From positions 15,252,001 to 15,316,000 of the forward strand of contig CM119386.1 of the NCBI GenBank assembly GCA_051294905.1: DNA of 64,000 nt, written 5' to 3'. The stretch comes from Botryllus schlosseri. Lineage: Eukaryota. Each line of letters starts with the position of its first letter. Position 1 is the stretch's first letter. Both the position numbers and the translations under genes were made by a program. The notes below the pieces were generated by a model that had not been told where the DNA came from, did not search any database, and was given only the letters and a program-made list of their open reading frames with translations. Positions 11,401 through 23,400 of this stretch are shown here, in pieces.

Positions 11401-14400
11401 TGTTGTGCATTTTCATTATTTTTCAGTTGTGTAAATGGCAACATCTATTCTATAGTTTGTTCAGTTTCATTTTATCATTGAGACCAGCTTCCAAATGTCA
11501 TAAGTGTGTGTAATGTTTGCTAGACTAAACCAAAGTAATTATTATCTTACTCTCTGTCTCAGTGGAGATATAAACCAAGTATGGGTTGTTGATTGAGCTT
11601 CATTGCTTCAAGACGTCTTGTCAGATTGAGCGCAGGTAAAACATCAACATTATTTCTATGTATTCATACTCAGCTGAAGTCAAGAATGGGAAAGATGTAT
11701 CTGATACTCAAGATAAAAACGGTGTCAACTCAGCAGTAGGAAGTGGCAACGTGAAAAATAATGTAACTGCAGGTAATCAGTGTACAAGTTCATGGTTTTT
11801 CTCTTAAGTTTAAGCATTACTCCACACATTACATCATACTTCAAGGTAGGTGTTTTATGAATCAGCCAGCAAGTGGTTCTGATCTTTCATAGTCATGCAA
11901 AAACCTGATGCCAATGCTGTTTGTGATACTCAATCACAGACTGATGATAGTTTGGGTAGCTATGACCAGACCATGACGTTCAACTCTGCAATAACCTTAT
12001 GACACATCCGGGGCATGCAAATTCTTACCTTGATAACCGAAGTTCAATAGCTCGTCAGAGTACACTTTTTAATATAGAGGTTCTCGAATCGACTATTGTA
12101 CGTCTTCGGCTATTATATCCAATTTGTGTTTGTTTTGTTTCTTACATGCTTGATTAACAGCCTTTTGTAATCTCTCTTATTGTTGTTTTCTGCAATTCCT
12201 GCATCAGACAGCGTTATTTCATATATAAATTTGGAATTTCGATCTCATCATTTACTGATGGTTGTTCTCTATGAGAATCAGTTGAAAGTCGTAGCATGAA
12301 TAAATGTATCAATGTAATGTACTGTTCGTTGCAATTTTCAAATTTTGGAACACAAGGAACTTATAGATAGCAGTAAATCAAGTGTCACATCATTACTTCT
12401 TTGTCCTAAAAATGTCATTTAAATAAGATTGGTAATTTATAACGTTACAATAAAGGCGTTATTGGTATATAAACTTATTGTGACAGCGCGGGGTACACAG
12501 CAATCACCAAAACTTTACAATGAGACTGTATCTAGATTCCCCGAGTGGATGTGGGAAAAAATCTGCAGGGAAGAAGTCCAAGGAGCTAAAAAGTAGTCAG
12601 GAAAATACAGGCTCGGGGAAGCGTAAAGCCATTGCAACATATTCAAGTGAGTTTTCAAGGTAGAGCTTTGAGATGGAAGTAATGTTGGCAGACTTGTTCA
12701 CCGTATCTATTGTAACTTATTATTCCTTACAAATTCATATACCGTGTACGTTTGAAAAGACGTAGGCGATAGTGTGCAACAAGTTTTACCGTTTCACCAT
12801 ATGGAATTGAAAAGCTTGTACTAGTATAACTGGAATAAATTGTGTGCAGTCGGCTCATAACAGCGTGATTTCAATCATCAAAACCACTTTTCATATTTAT
12901 CCCCAAATTGAGTTTGCATATTTCCATAAAATATTCTGGTAGAACACTTTCTCTGTGTTCTTTTTTTGGTAAACATTGGTAAGAGAAGGTTTAGGCCTAC
13001 TGTTGTAGAATTAACTTTTTCTTGTGAATAATCAACGAGGATTGAGCAGTATTCAAATTCTACAGTAGTCATCTTCAGTACACCAATCTTCTAGGAAGCG
13101 ATAGTTTGATTATGTATTTGTCTCTATTTTTCTTTGGTAATAATTGTGGTCGCATTTTATCAAACCTTGGGCTAGTGCAAACGTGTCGAGATTTCCGTTT
13201 TGGTAGTGTTGGCAAAGTAGAGTCTTTTTACATGGGCATGGCTATTTCACACTTATTGTTGACCGCTGCGTTGTTAGTGCCACCGTTGTAAATCAGAAAT
13301 TTTAGTTTCTAATTACTGGGATATATTTTGTCAAGGTGTGGTAAAAAAGGACAACAGCAAACGAGATGGAAAAAATCTGCCACAAGGTTAGTTAATACAT
13401 ATAAATTATTATGAATATTTTTTGATTTTGCAAATCCAAATAATCATCATATTCTAATATTTAAATAGATGATATGTTCTTTTTACATTTTGTAAGTTGA
13501 AGAAATCCACAGCATTCATCTATATAGTTCTTGCAATTACAATCCATCTTCTGCGAAATATTTTCTACTTGCTGAAGGAGACAAAAATTCTAATGGCTTT
13601 GTAACGACAGAAATCTATGTATCATCAGGCTTGGTGTTTGATGAAATGTTTCATTGGGTTGTTGAGACATGTTCTTTTCAGGCCTAATGTCTTCTATTGT
13701 GAATGAAATAAGCAATTATCTCTGTACATAGTACCTAAATCTGGCAATGATTCGAAATGATGAAATTATCTTGTTAATGAATTAATGTTGAGAGAAACTG
13801 AACTATACATCCATTCTATAAATCTCTTTTTAGGTGAAGTAAAGAGAGGGAAAGATAAATCAAAGAACGTAAATCATGATAAAAATAGTACTCCGTCTTC
13901 CAAGGAATGTAACAATGTGAAAAGCAACGGAACCACAGGTAATCAGGCCTATTTTTTCTGTGGGACTTCATTTCAATATTTCAGATAATTCCGTAGGGTT
14001 AGGAAGGGTGTATGGTAAATATATAAGCATATGATTCTCACATTCCATTCTATTGCATAGGTACTAGGGTTGTTCAAAATTTGGAAAATGTTTGGAATAC
14101 TGCGTATCCATGCCTTATTCTGTAGATTATTGTTAAAAACAATATTGGGCATGAAAGAAGCTCGCAGGAAAGTCAGTCAGATTTGTCTAAATGCGTTTGA
14201 AAGTGGTTGGTGAAGAGTGGACGGGCCACCGACAGCAGAGTTGCGAAAAGGCGGGCAATCGCGAAAGCACGGTTCTTGATTGGGTAATCGGCTAAGCTTC
14301 AATGATTACTGCAACAGCTGACTCGGATCCGGGTGCTTCGCTTTACTAAATTGAAAGTCTGCTTTGCTGAGGTCGAGTCTGTTAGCAGCGGCTGTGGTTC

Positions 14401-17400
14401 TGTACAAGCGCGTTGTGGGTTGATGAGTCATTAGTAGTACTGTAACACGTGTTCTTTGAATGCTTTAGAGTCTATAGCAGTAGTTTATGCTTTGGAGCAA
14501 CAATATTGCAGTCATGACAGAGGCAAAACGGCGAAAGATTGTACACATGCCGCAGCGAAGAACAAGATCTAAATCTGAGCAGTACCGTACTTGGTCGGAT
14601 ATACTTGCGATTATATCTGTGGCTCGAGATTACCTACTATAAGAGAAGTAATGAGATACTTGCTGCATCTGAAAGAGCATTGTCCTCAGACAACCCCTAC
14701 TCATGAACTATGTGATGTACTGGTGTTAGATGATGTAATGACAGTGTGGAAAATGGCCAGGATTGAAAACCTCCACGAAAGATGGCGTGATCACATGGTA
14801 TGCCCACCTTAAGAAGAGCTTGAACACTGAACAGTCTTGACAGAAAACAGCAATTCAAGACTCTGACTATTCCTATATGTTTTAAAGAACAAGCAGCAAT
14901 GACAGTTGATAACTTCAAGCTACTACTAACCAGATAAGATTTCTTCCCACGGGATGACGACAGCCAATGTGTGAATAATGCTCTTGCGCTTCTCGGTACA
15001 GGTGAAGATATACATCATCACAAACCTGGTGCAACACACCATGCAAGATGGATGGGCACAATTCTGTATGCTCAGAAGATGTTCATGTGGGCTTATCAGT
15101 TACATTACAAATCTGAAGAAGTGGCACTACTGCATCGCTTCAATTTGTTTTTAGTTCACTTTTATATACCTGCCTGGATTGATTCCAGCATCAGTCGTGA
15201 TACAACCGGTAAAGACTTGAGATTCACTCAGGACATGTTGAGTTACAAGGATCATGATGAACAAGCTTCCAAAGCTGCTTTACAAAAGCTTTTAAAGTAT
15301 GACTGGTATATCGTGGAGGAAACCGCTGTATATGCTTTGTTTTCGCCGAGTGAAAGCATTGAAACCCGAGAAAATATGGCAAAGATGCTCCTGCAGGTAG
15401 TGCAAACTTCAAGTTTCAGAAGGGGCCCGGCCTCGTTTAGTGCAACTGTACAGATCAACAAGGACACTACTTTTTCTGTCTTTATTTGCCCACAGACAGG
15501 GTACATATTTGATCATTTTGAATGCTGTGGGGCGTGGCTAACTCAACCGGTTGATGTTTGGAACTTATCAGATTCCTACACCAGAATGATCTCCTACATC
15601 AGTTCTGTCAAAGTCGTTAATGATGCCGCAGAACGAGGTGTAAAGCTAAGCACAGACTATGCTGCAATCTTGACTGACAATGAACAAAAACAGAGACAAT
15701 CTGCTTCAAGCCATGGAAGACAGTTGGAGACAGCAGGAAGTCAACTCTAATCAAAAGCCTGTAATCTGCAACTTGTGCCTGACAATGCAACACTGATCCT
15801 GCAGTGTACTTTTTCAATGTCTTTCGTAAATAGTGCTTTTTGCCTTCATTCAATTGTGAATAAAAGTGTAATATGCATTCGTTTATTGGTGAGACGTCGA
15901 CTAGACATAACAAGTTTTACTGAGATGTTGACTACTGGTAAGAAATTTGTTTTGGAAAGGTTCAAGGTAGCAAGATGCATGCATCTAGTTAATTCGTATC
16001 TCAACTAGCGAGAGCACCTGTGCAATACATAACAACACTGTTATACACATTCTGCATGTAGATAATAACTTACGGGTTGTGGTGTTGTACTATGGACTCT
16101 CGATGACAACATTTAACAAACACAATATATCATGTCTGCAATGCCACCAACAGAAACGACAGGGCACAGAAATCGTTACCAGCAGTGTTCACAAAGTCGG
16201 TCTTTCAGCCAATCAGTAGCTTGGTATTACCGGCTTCAACCAATCAGGATTATTGCTTTCTGTTTGTCCGCCCACTTCATCGATGCCCCGCCCACTCGCC
16301 GACGGCTACTTTCAAACGCATTTTGACAAATCTTACCGGCTTTCCTGCGAGCTTCTTTCAGGCCCATTATTGTTTTTTAACAATAATCTACAGAATAAGC
16401 CATGGTTACGCAGTATTCCAAACATTTTCCAAATTTTAAACAACCCTAATATGTACGATGATTTGCATTGACCGATATTTCTATGAACAAATGTGTACTT
16501 AAATAGCTGGTTCGTGGTACAGAACTTGAATATAGCTTTCAATACAACATCCATTGTAGCAGTATATTTATTAAACTCGAAGACTTTTCGGGTGCCTTTT
16601 GAGCGTATTAAGCAGCATATCCCAAAATTGATTCGGTCAAAAACATGCACAAATGATCGCACGGAGCTCGCACGTCAGTGCAAATTGGCTGCAAAAACAG
16701 ACTGCTATGATGATTACCAAGCATATGCTTCGTCAATCGGTCAGCATCTGAGCGAAAACCTTGCCTGTGCACAGCACTATGATGACAATACGTTCACTGT
16801 CATTGCGCGTGGTAGGTCTGTGTTTCATTTAAAAGTGTTGGAGTCTACTAGTATTCAGTTGAGCAAACCTATTTTATGCAGACAGAAAGATTTCATCTAT
16901 AACCTACAAATTTCTCATTAGTGCGTGTTGTTCCGTGCGTGTAATTGTTTATTTACAAATTGTGCTGCTACTATAGTACCGTATGTCCGTATACTTCGTA
17001 GTTTGTTATTGTTGCCATTGATACAATGCGAATTTCACGGTCTGTGATTTTGATTGTTGCGTCATACGTTGCCTTTTTGGTTTTGCTTTTAAATCTGTTT
17101 AAATCCCTTCAGTGTGCCGATAACTCTTGAAAAGAGGCACCCGAAAAGTCTTCGAGTTTAATAAATATACTGCTACAATGGATGTTGTATTGAAAGCTAT
17201 GAACAAATGTGTGTGTGTTATATTCAAACCTTTACATATGTATTCCCGGAATAGGCAACAAATTTTACATTTTGACTCACTCTGATCATGCAACATTGAT
17301 TTGACAGTTGCAGAGACCGGATCCACTCCCAGTCCTGAATGTACTGAAACTACTCATGATAGGGCTGACCGAGAAGGTGCATACAGTGATATTTTTCTAG

Positions 17401-20400
17401 TTACACCATTTGATTTTTCACAAGTTAACAATCGTTAAAAATGTTCTAAAGTGTTTTCATATTCCGGTGTAAATGAATTTTAGAACATCCATACAACACT
17501 CGTGGAAAACAAAGACACAATAACTTTGCTGATCTTGCAAGAAATGATGTCTGGCCTGAAATTATTCAAGATAATGAAAGTAAGTTTCTAAATAAAAGAT
17601 ACGAAGTTGTAGTAATAATATTAGTCAGGACATGGGTTATGTATTGAGTAACCACCATTCATGACGTATGTCATTTTAACCTTTACGAAGCCAATCAGAT
17701 GATTAACAATTTAGTGCATATTTGTTTGGAGATGGCAGGTACCTCATTCATCATTCGAAACCATTGGGATTGTTTTTAAAATCATATCCCATTGGCATGC
17801 ATTTATTCCTTCAAATCTTCTAGGGTTTCTGGAGATTCGTGTTGTGATCTCAAGATCCACGGTCCTACCACCTGATTGCAAACTTTCAATGATATATCAA
17901 GATAACGATTACACACCTGTCGAAATGGCATACAATGGAAGGTAGACTGTATTTGTTTGTTCTGCTTTCAACTAGATATTCCCTTATTAGGCATAATATA
18001 ACCTAGTATAACCATATTCATAGACAATAGGCTCTGAGTTGTTCTTGAATGGTCAGTACAGACCAGGGGTTGGCGGACCAGATTTTAAACGTGTTTGATA
18101 AATCGCGTATATATCCAATCCACGCTTATATGGAATCGGCCATATTTAATGTAAACATCGACATTTTTAAAGCATAGTATAGGACAGTTGTTCCTAAAGC
18201 GGGCGCCAGCGCCCCTTTGGGTGCTCGCGAGCATGAAGCAGGCGCTGGTCATGAAATGGGCGATTAAGGGGCGCTGGCTATAAAATTGGGCGGTAGGGGG
18301 GCACTGAGAGCAAATGGGGGAGTAGTAGGTTGTAGGCCGCGTAGTGTTGTAACGTTTGATAAATAAAGCAGTTAAAGACGCAGTAAAAACCCAAAATCGA
18401 TTCAGTGAGGGCAATTTCGGATCGTCCGTCTATTTAATCAGATATGCCGGAAAGTCCATTGTTACTTGACAATGTTGATCAATGTCAATCAATGGACTAA
18501 TTTAGCAGTCGGCAGAATCACTAGAAAGCGTGGTTCATTGTGTGGTGTGAGAACTACGAAGTATTTACTGAGCAGTTATTGCTCACTGCATGGTGTGATG
18601 ACTCTTTAACCGATTGGCACCGGCTGCCATTTTCGAAAAATTTTACTTCATTTTTCAAAATCGAAAAATGGTACCTTCCTGGGATCCGAACACTGTAACC
18701 AAGGTGTCGTTCGATTCAAAATATCAACGCGCAACCGATTGCGCCATCCAATCGCTAGCGACGCCGTGTCTGATTACTTATATGAAGAGCAAGCCGAGAA
18801 AATGTTGGTTGGGAACAGACATGCTAAGTTGCGTACTTTATGAACCTTGGTATAGGTATTCGACGACGATACAGTCTCGTGTATTGTATAGGCTCAGAAT
18901 TCATCGTTCTAGAGAGCCCTGAGTCGACGGTAAACGTCTAGCAGGCGCTAATTTCTAATCAAAACAATACCGACCGTTTTAGTCAGCTCGCGGCAGGCCG
19001 CCGAGAGATTGCGTCATGGCGAGTGATGCGCTCGTGTATGGAAACTTCTAAGGCTTATAACTCAAACTGTTGTGACCCTATATTAGTCTTTTTAGTATTC
19101 GTAGACGGATATTTACAGTCCTTACCATAATAATTTACTGCAAATGCTTATCATTACTACAACGTAAGATATATATCGATGTACGACAGCTCTTTGTATA
19201 CCCAGACGCACGCTTTTACGCAGGTATAATCGCTGAGTAATATTGTATGAATTCCGAATTATACTTTACCATTAGCCGTTATTTAGAATCATATAGGCAA
19301 CAACAATTCACAGACACAATCTATGAAGGTTTATGGCTATTAGAATACGATATATTTCACGTTATGTGACGGGTATTCAGCCTTGTGCTTGAAGCTGGTA
19401 CGGTAGTCTGACGGAATTCGCTTCCCGGTTTTTAAATGAAACTTTGAGCGATATAGAACTAACGAGTATAGTTGCTTTAGCAAAATATAAACAGAAACTG
19501 ACAATCGCTATTCATAGCAACAAACTACAGCTGATTATGACGAATAAAACCAACTAAACGACAGTGTATATGGCGGGTATGAGGAACGCGCGTGTCTGCG
19601 AAATGATGCTTCGGCGGATATTTTTGTCACGCGGCCTATCACATGGCTTTTGATCAGCTTAGATGTAACTAATATCAGATATGAAGATATGTGTGGACTT
19701 GTATGGACACTAGCTATTCACATAATGAAACAACTATGCCCGAAGACGGCTAGAACGAAACATACAGAACGTTATCTGAGAGTGGTCAATGACGCGCGAA
19801 TTGCCGACACAGTGTATTTTGCAACATATTTATCTACGGTGTTTGATATACGATTTTGACGTCTTCTATATAATAAATATCATATAACAAGGTATCAATG
19901 AACTTGTACGAACAATATCTATTCACAGAAATTAACAGCAACGACCTAGCACGATTAATATGTAATATATCGTGGTTTCAATTACGGTACTCTTCTCTCG
20001 TACCGGCATGTCGAAAAATAGACACGCCGGTGCCAAACGGTCAAGAGAAAATATCTTGCGTGAATAAAAATCTCTGTTTCAAACGATGCTGGATTTTCCG
20101 CGGTGCTGCGACCGAGCCTTCAACATGCGCATTCTGGTTGCGAGAAACTTTATATCGCTTCTACTTGACGGACATATCTTCACAAATTTATGAGTAGAAT
20201 ATATCCGTTCTTAGTAATGATGAAACCAGATGAAGGTGAAATGGCACTGTCCAGATTCAACTATTCAACTATTACTCTTGCTGTTATATACGCCAAGCTC
20301 ATATAATATATACTACCACGCAGAAAAAATTTCTACTACCTGAGAGTACTTTTTCCTGCCGACTACAAAAGACCATTTCTGTACAAATACTGCTATCGAG

Positions 20401-23400
20401 ATGGAAAATCTTGCAAATACGAGGAATTTCGTTGGAGTGGAACTCAGAATCGATCAATCAATATTGATGAAGGTAAGTCAAAACTCAAAATATTATGTCC
20501 ATACTTTTGTTGCGACTTTTTCTCTTAGCATCATCATGTGTCAGTTTATTCATCCTGCTATATATCCCTAAGTTCGGAAGTTTTTCTCACCTAGCAATTT
20601 GTGTACCCCACATTTATTTTTCAGTGACAACTTCGTGGCTGATAGTATTTGATGTTTGCACATTCAATCGTATATATGAATGGGGAAACTTCTGTGGAAA
20701 AGAACTTGATGCTTTCCTCCCAACATCATCTGGTGTTTTTACATCACATAAACATCCGAATGATACCTCGGTCACCACTGATTTGTATTATTGGCTTAAC
20801 CGTGCACGATTTGGATGGACTTTGTGTTCCGATTATGGATGGTCATACTATGGAATGACTGACCACCTTCTTGCCGATCCATCTGTAAGTAATAGTATGC
20901 TACATAAATCAGACATGGGGTGATTACTTCATGAATGTAATCGATTGCGATTACGATTACTTCAGAATCACGCGATTACGATTACGATTACAGCAAAATC
21001 AAGAAGTAGTCGATTACGATTACATTGGAAAAGTAATCACGATTACTCACGATTACATTTGTTTTGCTTCTTAGAACTATAATCTTAAATGATATATCGG
21101 AAGACAATACAAGGATTGCTATGAAAAGGCTTAATGAGATATCAACTCTCTTCATACATCATGCCTCATTTGCTTATTACGTCATAATATACCAATTGCC
21201 CAACATTATAGGGGATGATTTATCGCTCCCAATGATTTGCATTATTGCCAGGTTTTTACTTGCCGCACCCCAAATTCCTTAATAGGGTAGGGAGCGTGCT
21301 CGAAGGGAACTCAAAAGTATTTCGTAAACCAACATAAATTATAGAGTATTTTCGAGAATTTAATTAATTCTTGAAAATGTTCTTCGAGCTTTGCGATTCA
21401 AATGTCTCTAGTACGGATGTCACCCACGCGGACCAAATGAGTCATCCGCGGTCGCTGTAGCAAATATCCGAATGAGAGATTTGAAAGTTGAAGCTGGTTT
21501 CATATGACCCGTAGTTGAACATGGGTCGGCCGACCCCAAGTAACATACGAAAGCAGTCGCTCGGGGCATTGCTCGTCTTCGCCCACGCGGCGGCTCAACG
21601 GGAATCTATAGTTAATATCCCCGAGTCTTGACGCGGAGATCGGCGCTTCAGCGCGCACTGCAGCAACGCAACTGAGCCTGGAGGAGCTGGTGTGAGTCCC
21701 GGCGAGTGAGCGTTTTTTGTTCTTGGTAAGGGGCGGAAACCCGGCCCAGTGCTCTGATTGTCTTACTCTAAGTGAAGAAATCCAACTGAGCACGGATAAA
21801 CGGCGGGAGTAAGTGGTAACCCGTCGGTCATCGCAATAATCAGTACACACTACACAAGAAGTAGCTTTTTGTTTCAAAACGGTTGGTGACCCATGCTCCA
21901 GTAGATAGCTGGTTTTGAAATGCATACCTCTTTCCCTCAAGAAAAACATGTGTAGGCTATTTTTATGGGAACAGGCATTTCGGAGCCGGTCATTACCGCG
22001 CCACGATCCCACAACACACCAAAAGACATACGCTATTTCGGCCAACACGCAACTCCACGGGATGTGATACCAAAGAAATACCTTGGCCGAAACTTAGGGT
22101 ATTCGTCCATTGTCAATAGCCGCGCTGGGTGGGCGTGACTAATAACTCCTGTACTTCCAAGCTGGACCCACAATGCAAATGCCACCCGGCGCATCCACAA
22201 AGGAATAAAGCCATGACAATTTGTGTGTGCGTCTCACGAAAGATATTCTTTTAGTCTGCTACGTTTGGGCAAGTACAATATCTTTTGATTATATAACAGA
22301 CTGGAGGTCGCGAATAAACAACATACAATGAAGTAATTATAACAACATACCAGATGCTATAATTATGAATTACGTGCCAGTGTTGGGATGACTCGAGTCA
22401 TGACTTGACTCGAGTCACCTTTTCGTATGACTTGACTTGACTCGAGTCACTTTGCTAAAATGACTTGACTTGACTTGACTCGGCGTATCAAAAGTGTGGA
22501 TTGACTCGTGACTCGGAGCTAAATTCACGAGTCAATTTCAAGTCATCAATTAGTCGGTGTGGATAAAAATCACTGTATCTTGCATATGTTCGGATTGTTC
22601 GCGAAACACTGATGTAGCCAATGATCGTGCATTTTACTGAGCCTCCATTGTTCTCCCACAAATAAATAGATCACAAACGAAGTGAAGTAGTGAAGTAATA
22701 TAATAGAAAATTATCTATTTCTGTTCTCGGTTCTCACCTTAACCAAACCTCTTGTTTTATTGATTTTGAACTCGAATGTAGTTTGTATACTCCTCAACCA
22801 TTGGTACAGGCTCGAATTGTATCATTTCAATGTGTAAATGGGTAAAGGGTAATGTATTGCATCTTATCAATTCGTTTCTCTATTTTGGCTGGTAACTATA
22901 AACTGAGGCTACATATATGTGATTGATACAGCGCCTTCTTGGGTGTATATTCAACTCTATATTCGTTCATCGGTTCTGAATCAATGACCGCTCAATCTGT
23001 ATTTAAGGCAGATAGTAAAATGTAATGACGTATTCATGCCTCACACCACGAAAAGGCAACTTGACTTGAATTTTGACTTGATTCGTGACTTGACTTGACT
23101 TGACTCGACTTGAGACGAGTCACATCCAAAAATCGAGTGACTTGACTTGACTCGAGTCACCTTCGAAAACCGATTGACTTGACTTGACTCGAGTCAAAAT
23201 CTGCAATGACTCGTGACTCGAAGGTAGTGACTTGATCCCAACACTGTTACGTGCCCCAGCTCTACAGGTAAATCTGACACTCAGGGCTGAGAGAGGTTAT
23301 AAATGAATAGTAATATAATGCAATTACCAATATTATTGACGGAATTCAGTTTTGAAAATTGACCAACGGTTGGTTTGGGGGACGAATTGCTGTTTTGGTT

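Noticed and set aside
18064-20200. CAGGGGTTGGCG hAT-like end and a GC-richer repeat-looking stretch in the intron
   Set aside because: I could not find the partner TIR, a TSD or a coding remnant, so boundaries are unsupported.
21500-22048. 182-aa minus-strand ORF
   Set aside because: It is the antisense reading of the GC-rich 28S-derived segment and has no protein motif.
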